This document shows positions 9,905 through 17,437 of a DNA stretch of 64,000 bases, piece after piece. Origin of the DNA: Bdellovibrionales bacterium (GTDB taxonomy: Bacteria > Bdellovibrionota > Bdellovibrionia > Bdellovibrionales > UBA1609); the NCBI GenBank assembly GCA_965200875.1, contig OZ241456.1, positions 1,241,159 through 1,305,158 on the forward strand, read 5' to 3'. A program made the position numbers and the translations under genes. Numbering within the stretch: the first letter of the stretch is position 1; each line of letters starts with the position of its first letter. Below the pieces are notes generated by a model. The model was given only the letters and a program-made list of their open reading frames with translations, had not been told where the DNA came from and searched no databases.

Positions 9905-10819
9905 TTAGAAAAATTTTACTAGAGGTGCTTCAACAACAACAAAACCACTTACACCCTGTGCTTCTAAATATTCCACTTGGTATGGTCTAACTTTCGCCCC
10001 GGTAAAATCTGCACCGCTCAAGTCCATTTCTTTAAAAATCGCTTCGTACAAAATTGCATTTGTAAAATTCGCATTGTTCACATTTGAATTTTGCAATCTC
10101 ATATTAAACAAATCCGCATTGGTAAAATCTGCACCGCTCAAATCTGCATTTACAAATCTTGCTCTAGGTAACTCCGCATCAGTTAAATTTGCACCGGACA
10201 AATTTGCCTCTTCAAAATTTGAATCTATAGCCTGTATATTTGACATATTAGCACCGGACAAATCTGCCTTATAAAAAGTAGAAAAATTCAAAATCGCACC
10301 GCTCAAATCCTTTTCACGCAAATCTGCACCGCTCAAATCACACCTAAATGGAACATCTGTCTTATATCTATATTCATCAAAATAATTATTAATACCACAT
10401 GAATAATTAGTTTTATATCTCTTCCGATCGGCTTGCGAGCCCCTAACACTAGTAGTAAAACCAGTAAGAAATGTAAAAAGTCTCGATATGAATCCTTGAT
10501 TATCTAAGTAATTACTGCTTACGCTATTAAGCTTTTGAATCTTGTACGCGTCCGGTTCTGTCGGCAGGCGCAGTTTAGTACCTTGAAAATTTGTACCTTG
10601 TAAATTTGCACCTTGTAAATTCGCATCTTTAAAAGTAGGGCTTTTTCTATACAAATCTATTCTTGCACCTTCATTTCTCCGGTCTTCTTCTGTACCATGA
10701 TCACCAGCTGATAATTCTCTCTTAGTGATTCCAGCCCCTCCTACAAAAAACAAGACAGCCGACAATAAAAAACCAAAACCAAAGCCAATTAATACATTTT
10801 TATTCATTATCTTTTTCAT
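9905..10819 (-). CDS. membrane-anchored/secreted pentapeptide-repeat protein (long form)
   Basis: 304 aa with an N-terminal TM/signal segment, two pentapeptide-repeat blocks, and the C-terminal cassette AKVRPYQVEYLEAQGVSGFVVVE. Confidence 0.75.
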   Translation of the reverse strand: MKKIMNKNVLIGFGFGFLLSAVLFFVGGAGITKRELSAGDHGTEEDRRNEGARIDLYRKSPTFKDANLQGANLQGTNFQGTKLRLPTEPDAYKIQKLNSVSSNYLDNQGFISRLFTFLTGFTTSVRGSQADRKRYKTNYSCGINNYFDEYRYKTDVPFRCDLSGADLREKDLSGAILNFSTFYKADLSGANMSNIQAIDSNFEEANLSGANLTDAELPRARFVNADLSGADFTNADLFNMRLQNSNVNNANFTNAILYEAIFKEMDLSGADFTGAKVRPYQVEYLEAQGVSGFVVVEAPLVKFF

Positions 10820-10860
10820 AAAATACTCCTTTTAAAATCTCATTTAATCGAGATACCTCC

Positions 10861-10888
10861 AGACTAACGGGGGGGGGGTAAAAGTCAA
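10861..10888 (-). promoter_or_regulatory. candidate promoter with a C10 homopolymer in the spacer (G10 on the + strand, 10869-10878)
   Basis: The minus strand reads TTGACT-tttaCCCCCCCCCCgt-TAGTCT, a 16-nt spacer, 42-69 bp upstream of the ATG at 10819. Confidence 0.45.
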
Positions 10889-11132
10889 GTATTTAAGGAT
10901 TTTCACCTCGGATTTTAAAACTGAAGTCTTGTAATGTTCTTGACCCCAAAAATTTAGATACCACGGAAGTGGATCACCATTTTTTCTCTGACCAAAATTA
11001 CATAAAAAGACAGTTTTTAAGTTATTGAATCACTGACTTGTTTTCTGGGTGGAAGTCAGATCAAATGGTTACAGGGTAAAAGCATATATATATTTGACTT
11101 TTTGTCCTGTTTCATTCACCATTCAGGGAGTT

Positions 11133-11549
11133 ATGGAAAGTAATTTAACAAAACAACAGATCAATCACCTAACAGAAAGTGGCTTTACAGTCGAACAGGC
11201 AGAGGCTATTGTTCGAACCATAGAACAAAGAGCTGTCAATAAAAAAGATCTGGAGCTTTTGAAAAAAGATTTAAAGCTTTGGACTTTAGGGGTTGTAATA
11301 AGTGGATTCGTTTTATTTGCAGGCTTTATAAGTTATCTGGATAGCAAAACCAACGCACGGCTGGACAATATGGAATCTCAAACCAGCTCACGCCTTGACA
11401 ACATAGAATCCCGATTCAACGAAAGATTTAATAAAATAGACGAAAGATTTAACAGAATAGAAGCAGACATAAAAACTTTATTACTGCTGAACTCTCCAAA
11501 TTCACATAAGATAAAAACAAATAAAAACAAATCAGAAGATATTAAATAA
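11133..11549 (+). CDS. DUF1640-like membrane-anchored coiled-coil protein
   Basis: MESNLTKQQINHLTESGFTVEQAEAIV..., one TM segment, and an RLDNxES/ERFN repeat tail. ATG 11133 follows AGGGAG. Confidence 0.6.
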   Translation: MESNLTKQQINHLTESGFTVEQAEAIVRTIEQRAVNKKDLELLKKDLKLWTLGVVISGFVLFAGFISYLDSKTNARLDNMESQTSSRLDNIESRFNERFNKIDERFNRIEADIKTLLLLNSPNSHKIKTNKNKSEDIK

Positions 11550-11574
11550 TCATCCGTGATAAAGGTGTTAACAC

Positions 11575-11700
11575 ATTTAATTAACAGCTTTTTTAAGAGA
11601 ATGTGCCATAATCAACTAATCAAGCTTTGACTCTATCTTATCCATACGCTTTTTCATACGCGCTTGATTGGCTTTTACTGGTTGTATTTGCCAATTCATT
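11575..11700 (-). pseudogene. degraded fragment paralogous to the 3' part of 4993-5214
   Basis: The DNA aligns with 4991-5127 (ttaattaacagcttttttaagaga...ctggttgtatttgccaattcatt), with a 12-bp deletion and no N-terminal part. Confidence 0.65.
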
Positions 11701-11781
11701 TAATAGGTTTTTCACATCCAAATATTTAGTCGCCAGTGAACTTGTGAGATTTTTAATCCTTTGACTTTACACGGTGGCCTA

Positions 11782-12246
11782 TCATGGTAACAACTTTGAA
11801 TGTTTTTTGTATTCTTGATATATTTTGCCTCGAGGTTTTTTTATTATCTCAGAGTTTGTAAAGTCTTCATGTAACTTTTTATCACCTCCACTGCGACTAA
11901 ATAACAATCTGGATTTTTCCTCCACTAAAGCTATAGCAATAATATGTGTATCGTTAGACTTCAATGTTACATTGTTTATAACTCTGTTATTATTATCAAT
12001 CTCCTTTTTCTTTTCTTTTGAAGAGGTTTGATAAGCTCCTCCACTGTTCTTTAACAGACTCACCATCTTAAGCATACAACTATCCTTTTGTATTTCCTCT
12101 AAACTCTTTTCATCATCACCATATACTAATATTAATGTCTGTTTTTGAATACATTGATGAACAGGTTTTGAATCTTCATGCTCTGGATCCACAAATTTAT
12201 GAAAAGCTTCCGCATCAACAAGTATTCCCTTTTTTGATAATCCCAT
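11782..12246 (-). CDS. small protein of unknown function, putative nuclease-like effector (PIN- or TOPRIM-like impression only)
   Basis: 154 aa, last gene of the operon. Acidic motifs GILVDAEAF, VYGDDEKS and SNDTHIIAIALVEE resemble PIN/TOPRIM active-site strands, but the fold was not verified. Confidence 0.5.
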   Translation of the reverse strand: MGLSKKGILVDAEAFHKFVDPEHEDSKPVHQCIQKQTLILVYGDDEKSLEEIQKDSCMLKMVSLLKNSGGAYQTSSKEKKKEIDNNNRVINNVTLKSNDTHIIAIALVEEKSRLLFSRSGGDKKLHEDFTNSEIIKKPRGKIYQEYKKHSKLLP

Positions 12247-12277
12247 AATATTTCCTTAAAAGATAGTATTATACAGG

Positions 12278-13564
12278 TCAATCTTTCAAACCCAGAAGTT
12301 TGTAATCTTCTGATAGAAAAAAAGTCTGATAGCTGTCCGGTTGATTGTTCATGTTTCCATTTCGATCAATAGTGACAGGATAGATTTTTGCTTCTCCATT
12401 TTTCAGTTCAAAATAAAGTATTAAAAAATCTTCAGGTCGTAGCTTTTCTTCTTTGATTTCAATACGCGCCCTTTGAATGATATGATCACTATGAGTTTCA
12501 CAAATAAATTTATATTTTTCTTTGTGTTTATTTATCATATTAACCATAAGAGAGGCAAATTCAGCTTCCACTCTTGGGTGTAAATGAGTTTCTGGTTGTT
12601 GCATTAAAAAAGTGTTGTATTTTTCTGAATCTGAAATAAACAAATTTGCCAATACAGGTAAAAATTGGCTCACCCCATAACCAACATTTGTAATATCTGA
12701 TGTTAATTCGTCAACTGTTATTTTTATTGAAAATGGTGATTCACTATTATTCTTATCTAGGATATCTATATCCAAATTTTGAAAAAGTTTTGAATTTTTA
12801 CCGAATTTATTAAACTCTTCGCGGATTTCATTCCAGTTATTATTTTTCTTCATCTCTGCTAGTTTACATAAAACATAGGATGGATCTGTAGTTTTAACTT
12901 CTGTACGATCATATTGGACTTTCGGCTTTAAATGGATCGGATCAAGTAGATTACAAGATATATTTTTTAAATTTCCACTTTCCTTAAACCTTACAAGAGA
13001 AGTTACTTTTGAATGTAAAACTTTATTTTTTTCAAGCTCTTTTTTTAGCTCGTTACACAAAAAAGAAATTACTCCAAAAAAGTGAATAGAGAAATGAGCA
13101 GGTGTTGTAGCGCTATAACTCTTTTGTCCATTTACAAGAATCTCCATCATACTGTATTTCTTTAAGTTTACTTCTATACTGTTTTCAGAGCAATGTATTA
13201 AAATTTTCTCGCAAGATTTTCCATTTTTTATTGAATATTCCACATCCCAAATATTTTGTTCTCCAAGTTTTAAAGTGGCTCCTATGTTCACTATATCAGT
13301 ATTACCTTGGTTTCTCACAATATACTTGGACCCTCCAAGATATTTATAAGTTGTTCCTTTTAATAAATCTTCTATAGATGAAGGCTTTACTGGGTTGTCT
13401 GCATACAACAAATCATGGATAAGTTTATAAGCAGATAAGAATGTTGTTTTTCCTGTATTATTTTCACCGACAATGATAGTGATAGGACAAATTGCGGTTT
13501 TCGATTCAGGAAAACATCTTAAGTTTTTTATCCTTACTTCATTGATTTGCATAACTACCTCCAT
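12278..13564 (-). CDS. ABC/RecF-like ATPase (AAA_21/AAA_15-type, PtuA-/DUF3696-like)
   Basis: N-terminal INEVRIKNLRCF, Walker A GENNTGKTT, signature-like GYGVSQFLPVL, Walker B FLMQQPETHLHP and H-loop ETHSDHI. Its start overlaps the upstream stop (13555) by 10 nt, or an ATG at 13552 lies 2 nt after it. Confidence 0.75.
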   Translation of the reverse strand: MEVVMQINEVRIKNLRCFPESKTAICPITIIVGENNTGKTTFLSAYKLIHDLLYADNPVKPSSIEDLLKGTTYKYLGGSKYIVRNQGNTDIVNIGATLKLGEQNIWDVEYSIKNGKSCEKILIHCSENSIEVNLKKYSMMEILVNGQKSYSATTPAHFSIHFFGVISFLCNELKKELEKNKVLHSKVTSLVRFKESGNLKNISCNLLDPIHLKPKVQYDRTEVKTTDPSYVLCKLAEMKKNNNWNEIREEFNKFGKNSKLFQNLDIDILDKNNSESPFSIKITVDELTSDITNVGYGVSQFLPVLANLFISDSEKYNTFLMQQPETHLHPRVEAEFASLMVNMINKHKEKYKFICETHSDHIIQRARIEIKEEKLRPEDFLILYFELKNGEAKIYPVTIDRNGNMNNQPDSYQTFFLSEDYKLLGLKD

Positions 13565-14988
13565 AGTTTAAAAATCATATTCAATAAATTTCTTTTTTCA
13601 AATTTTACATCTTCTTGTAATACTTTAATACGACTGACATCCCCTTTTCCAACAATACTTAAAAAATAACACTCCCTATTGCAAGAGGATTCGTATTTAT
13701 TCATTTGCCCTGATAAAAAATTATATTCCACTCTATCTAATTTTGGCCACCAGTCCTTAAATAATAAAAAACGTATCATCATTAACACTTCTATACTGGA
13801 TAAATGTTGACTGAATGGAAAAACATTTTCATTTCCAAATCCTCGGCTTGAATGTAAATGTTCAATATAGGAAGGGTCTTCTAAAGAACCGTCAAGTTCC
13901 ATAGATACATCTGAAGTTGTATACTGCTTTCTGCATAACATACATTTGTGCCCATAAGTGACAATGTGAGCGTTCCATCGAGCATCAGAAAATTTATCAT
14001 GCCGTTTGTTCACTGCAATGCCTCCATCAATAACAGGTATTAAGTGAGCATAAGCTATATGATTTAAAATATCTCTCGCCAGTGGTTTATCTACACAACT
14101 GAAAATAATATCACAATCCAAAGCCGCTTTGAACGCAGACCTTGATTGTATAGGTTGTATGAGAGATTTTACTTTCACATTTTCATTCACAGAATGTTTC
14201 AGCATCTTGGTTCTAAAGAATTCAGTCTTGAATTTTCCAATATCTTTTTTGGTGGCATAAAGCAATCTGTCCAAATTATGCTCTTCAATTTTATCGTGAT
14301 CTATTAAAACAACATTTCCGATTCCTATTCTCGCCAAATTCTCAACAACCATTGAACCCACACTGCCCACACCTACGATCCCCACTGTCATCCTGTTGAT
14401 TTTTAATTGCTCATCCAATCCCCAAGTTTCAATAGTCCTCTTTAAAATATTTTTATTTTGAAATGTACTATATGCCTGCTCATTAAATGTAACTTTTAAA
14501 CAACTTCCAATTACTTTCACTTTATTACACCAAAATCGCTTGAATGCTCTGTCCTTCTGTTTTATCCAAAATCTGGCACTCCAACTTTCATCTGTACCTA
14601 GTGTTAAACCAACCAAAGGCATATTTGTGCTGTTAGCAGGTGATGCTATGCGATCTTTTTCCGCAATAATATCCGGTCCACTCATATCCTGCCATCCCTC
14701 TGTTGGATGACTATGCATAAAAGCAAGTCCCGCTTTCTTTTTTATAGCTATTCGTAATGAACGAGCTAAAAATTGTGGTAGAAAACTTGTATTGCCATGA
14801 AGTTCCCGTTCATCTTCTTCAGGGAGAATAATCTCAGAGATAAGAGCTGTTGTCTTACTCATACCATTACAAGGATACCAAAGCGCGAAACATAACTCTT
14901 CCTGATGCTCATTTTGCTTAAAATGAGACAACAAATGGTTGCAGGCAATGCTGTGAGCTTTTTCTGTTAAAGTAACTTCATATTTCAT
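13555..14988 (-). CDS. JAB/JAMM metallopeptidase fused to a ThiF/E1-like adenylyltransferase
   Basis: JAMM elements E...FMHSHPTEGWQDMSGPD (HxH-x8-S-xx-D). Rossmann motif VGIVGVGSVGSMVVENLARIGIGNVVLIDHDKIEEHNLDR. Cys pairs CMLC and CNREC. The ATG at 14988 overlaps the E2-like stop as ATGA. Confidence 0.8.
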   Translation of the reverse strand: MKYEVTLTEKAHSIACNHLLSHFKQNEHQEELCFALWYPCNGMSKTTALISEIILPEEDERELHGNTSFLPQFLARSLRIAIKKKAGLAFMHSHPTEGWQDMSGPDIIAEKDRIASPANSTNMPLVGLTLGTDESWSARFWIKQKDRAFKRFWCNKVKVIGSCLKVTFNEQAYSTFQNKNILKRTIETWGLDEQLKINRMTVGIVGVGSVGSMVVENLARIGIGNVVLIDHDKIEEHNLDRLLYATKKDIGKFKTEFFRTKMLKHSVNENVKVKSLIQPIQSRSAFKAALDCDIIFSCVDKPLARDILNHIAYAHLIPVIDGGIAVNKRHDKFSDARWNAHIVTYGHKCMLCRKQYTTSDVSMELDGSLEDPSYIEHLHSSRGFGNENVFPFSQHLSSIEVLMMIRFLLFKDWWPKLDRVEYNFLSGQMNKYESSCNRECYFLSIVGKGDVSRIKVLQEDVKFEKRNLLNMIFKLWR

Positions 14989-15407
14989 AAGTGCTTCCAA
15001 AAATTTCTTAAATGAGACTCAAAAAAGGTATGCAAACTTTTTTTTGAATTATCCAAGCCATCCCATATATCTTGAGGTGGACGACTAAGTGTCATCCAGT
15101 TTTCTCCACTATGTTCATACTGTTCATGTATCTGACCTATTTTTTGTATTTCCTCTTCACTAAATTCCTCTGTTTTTAAATGTATAAAATGAGGTGGTAA
15201 TCTTGGATAATCACTTAGTGGCAGTTCTATACCTATTGTGATTTTCTTCTTCTCTAGGGAACCACAGGGAATGACATACTTAAATACACATAGGTAACCA
15301 TCTCTTTTTGAAGATAAGTTCCGGTTTTTCATATCTTGTATCTGCTGTAACTCACAAGAGAGAATCTTTTTTATTTCTTTTTGGATTTGATTCGTTAAAT
15401 TTTCCAC
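14985..15407 (-). CDS. E2/UBC-like protein lacking the canonical catalytic Cys position
   Basis: 140 aa. SDYPRLPPHFIHL matches the E2 YPxxPPxxxF core. There is no Cys downstream of it (only C18, C40 and C48 upstream). GTG start lies 4 nt after the upstream stop. Confidence 0.6.
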   Translation of the reverse strand: MENLTNQIQKEIKKILSCELQQIQDMKNRNLSSKRDGYLCVFKYVIPCGSLEKKKITIGIELPLSDYPRLPPHFIHLKTEEFSEEEIQKIGQIHEQYEHSGENWMTLSRPPQDIWDGLDNSKKSLHTFFESHLRNFWKHL

Positions 15408-15411
15408 TGAA

Positions 15412-15927
15412 TTATGCTACAGGAGTTGGTCCAGAAGACAGAGCTAAAAACTCATCTCCAGTTTGAACGGTTATTTCTTCGTGCGAGTTTGTATAATCTG
15501 TGTTTGTTTTGGCATTAAATAGTTTGAATTTATCCACCGGAACAAATTTTGCTTTTTCAAGTATTTGAGTAACTGTCAGCTTATTATCTGAAGCTGAAAT
15601 TTCTTGTTTTTCCCCATTGACAGTATAATATATTTTTACATCCTGTATTTTATGTTCAATGGAAAATACATCATCATTTTTAATTTCCAACTTTTTATGC
15701 AAGTCATCCTTTGCTGGTCCATTCCATACTTCCTGTTTTTTATCTCCTTGAATTTTAAAAATAACATAAGCAGGATAAGGTTCCTGTTTCTGTCCAAGCT
15801 CTAAAATATCTTTAGGAGTTATAAAAGACTCAGACCATAGCTTTTCTTGACCATCTATTTTTATATGTATTTCAACCATACCAACAACACCAATGTATTT
15901 TTTCAGAGACTTCTGCCAATTTTCCAT
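15412..15927 (-). CDS. tandem beta-grasp (multi-ubiquitin-like) protein
   Basis: 171 aa with two similar modules (IHIKIDGQEKLWSESFITPKDILELG... and VKIYYTVNGEKQEISASDNKLTVTQILEKA...ITVQTGDEFLAL). It ends ...SSGPTPVA. It is the first gene of an operon with the E2-like and E1/JAB genes. Confidence 0.6.
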   Translation of the reverse strand: MENWQKSLKKYIGVVGMVEIHIKIDGQEKLWSESFITPKDILELGQKQEPYPAYVIFKIQGDKKQEVWNGPAKDDLHKKLEIKNDDVFSIEHKIQDVKIYYTVNGEKQEISASDNKLTVTQILEKAKFVPVDKFKLFNAKTNTDYTNSHEEITVQTGDEFLALSSGPTPVA

Positions 15928-16004
15928 ACCTTACAAGAATTTCCCTTTCAAGTCCAGAACGAGATATTTTTATTGACAATTTTTTGCTCTTTCACTGATA
16001 TTTT

Positions 16005-16078
16005 TTGTAAGACAACAAGATTTTTGTTGTAAAATTTGCAATTCCACCCAAACTGTTTATCAAAACATCAAGTGATAA
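16005..16078 (-). repeat. conserved intergenic element, copy 2 (upstream of the ubiquitin-like operon)
   Basis: The reverse complement reads gttatcacttgat...ggaattgcaaattttacaacaaaaatcttgttgtcttacaa, which matches 3828-3904 and 62898-62968. Confidence 0.6.
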
Positions 16079-16139
16079 CAAGGTGTTAAAAGCTTTTTCG
16101 CGCATGTTGGTTAAAAAAAAGGTTGCGCTTTTAATTTTT

Positions 16140-17060
16140 TTAAGAAGGAGGCGGTTTTTTAACTTCCACCTGAAGAGGTGTTCTAAAGTGCAGATCTTTT
16201 TGAGGAAAAGCAATTACTATACCATGTTCTCTAAATAGCTCATCTATGCGAAAACGAATATCACTGGGTATTTTTTTTAACTCCATAATGTGTTGCACAC
16301 GTACCCAAAAAGAAACAGAAAAATCCAAAGAATTATTGCCAAACTCCTTAAAAAACACAATAGGATTTGGAGATTTTAGAACCATTTTATGTTCGGTTAC
16401 GGCTCGCAAAAGCAATTTCTCCACTTGTCGGGTGGGAGAACCATAAATAACCCCCACATTTACCCTTCTTCTCACTACAGAATCTGAGAGTGTCCAATTC
16501 AAAATATTTTTCTCCAAAAAAGAGCTGTTAGGAACTACAATTTGAGTATTGTCTATGGATTTGATTCGGGTGGCCCGGGCACCAATTCGCTCCACTTCTC
16601 CTGTCAGACCTTCCACTTCCACTATATCCCCTGCCCGGATGGGTTGCTCCAAAATCACAATCAAACCACTGATAAAGTTATTCACAATATTTTGAGAACC
16701 AAGACCAATACCCACAGCCAGAGCACCACCAATTACCGTAAAAATGGTAATAGGAATATTTAAAAGCCTCATGGTAAAGAGACAGAGAATTATCATGGAA
16801 AAATAAAGTGTAAAAGTGGAGATAGCGTGCCCGACTGACTCCTGAACATCCAGTTTTCTTAAAATAATCCTCTCAAGCTGGCGCGTCAGCTGGCGCAGTA
16901 TAAAATAACCAACAATAAGGAGAGTGATACCAATGATGAGATCGCCTAAAGTAATATGATTTTTTCCTATTTTAAACAAATGCGAGTTCCAGATTCCGGG
17001 CACTTTTGCCCATATATCTGTAATAATAAGATCTATTTGATACCAAATTGCTTTCCACAT
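16140..17060 (-). CDS. mechanosensitive ion channel, MscS family
   Basis: TM helices plus the conserved MscS beta domain (IRAGDIVEVEGLTGEVERIGARATRIKSIDNTQIVVPNS). The track ORF extends to 17216, but I prefer the ATG at 17060 (MWKAIWYQ). Confidence 0.8.
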   Translation of the reverse strand: MWKAIWYQIDLIITDIWAKVPGIWNSHLFKIGKNHITLGDLIIGITLLIVGYFILRQLTRQLERIILRKLDVQESVGHAISTFTLYFSMIILCLFTMRLLNIPITIFTVIGGALAVGIGLGSQNIVNNFISGLIVILEQPIRAGDIVEVEGLTGEVERIGARATRIKSIDNTQIVVPNSSFLEKNILNWTLSDSVVRRRVNVGVIYGSPTRQVEKLLLRAVTEHKMVLKSPNPIVFFKEFGNNSLDFSVSFWVRVQHIMELKKIPSDIRFRIDELFREHGIVIAFPQKDLHFRTPLQVEVKKPPPS

Positions 17061-17200
17061 AATACCTTTATGTTGGAAATAAGATCGGCACAGGTCAAGA
17101 ATAATATGTTCAATCCGCCAGAAAAAACTACTTGTCTCCTCCCGAAAAATTTTTTGACTTATACCTCTCCCCTCACACGAGGTTCTGTTTATGGAATTTT

Positions 17201-17246
17201 GTAATAACCTTGGCAATGGTCTTGTAATAACCTTGGCAATGGTCTT
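17201..17246. repeat. perfect 23-bp tandem duplication in the mscS/sucA divergent intergenic region
   Basis: gtaataaccttggcaatggtctt occurs twice. A second 18-bp near-duplication (aggaagtctggaa...) lies at 17321-17356. Confidence 0.8.
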
Positions 17247-17437
17247 AAAAAGCCCTCTGGTTCATACCCCCTCCCGTTCCAATATTTTGGTTCAATCCTG
17301 TGCTTTCTCCAGAAAATCATAGGAAGTCTGGAAAATCTAGGAAGTCTGGAATAAAAGCAAATTCCCACTTGCAAGAAACTGATATTTTTTATATAAGTAA
17401 AGTATTCAAACTTCCAAAAAAAGAACAATTATAATCA

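Noticed and set aside
17189-17428. 79-aa ORF in the mscS/sucA intergenic region.
   Set aside because: It covers tandem-duplicated non-coding sequence (23-bp and 18-bp repeats) and has no motifs or RBS. This is more likely the divergent promoter region.
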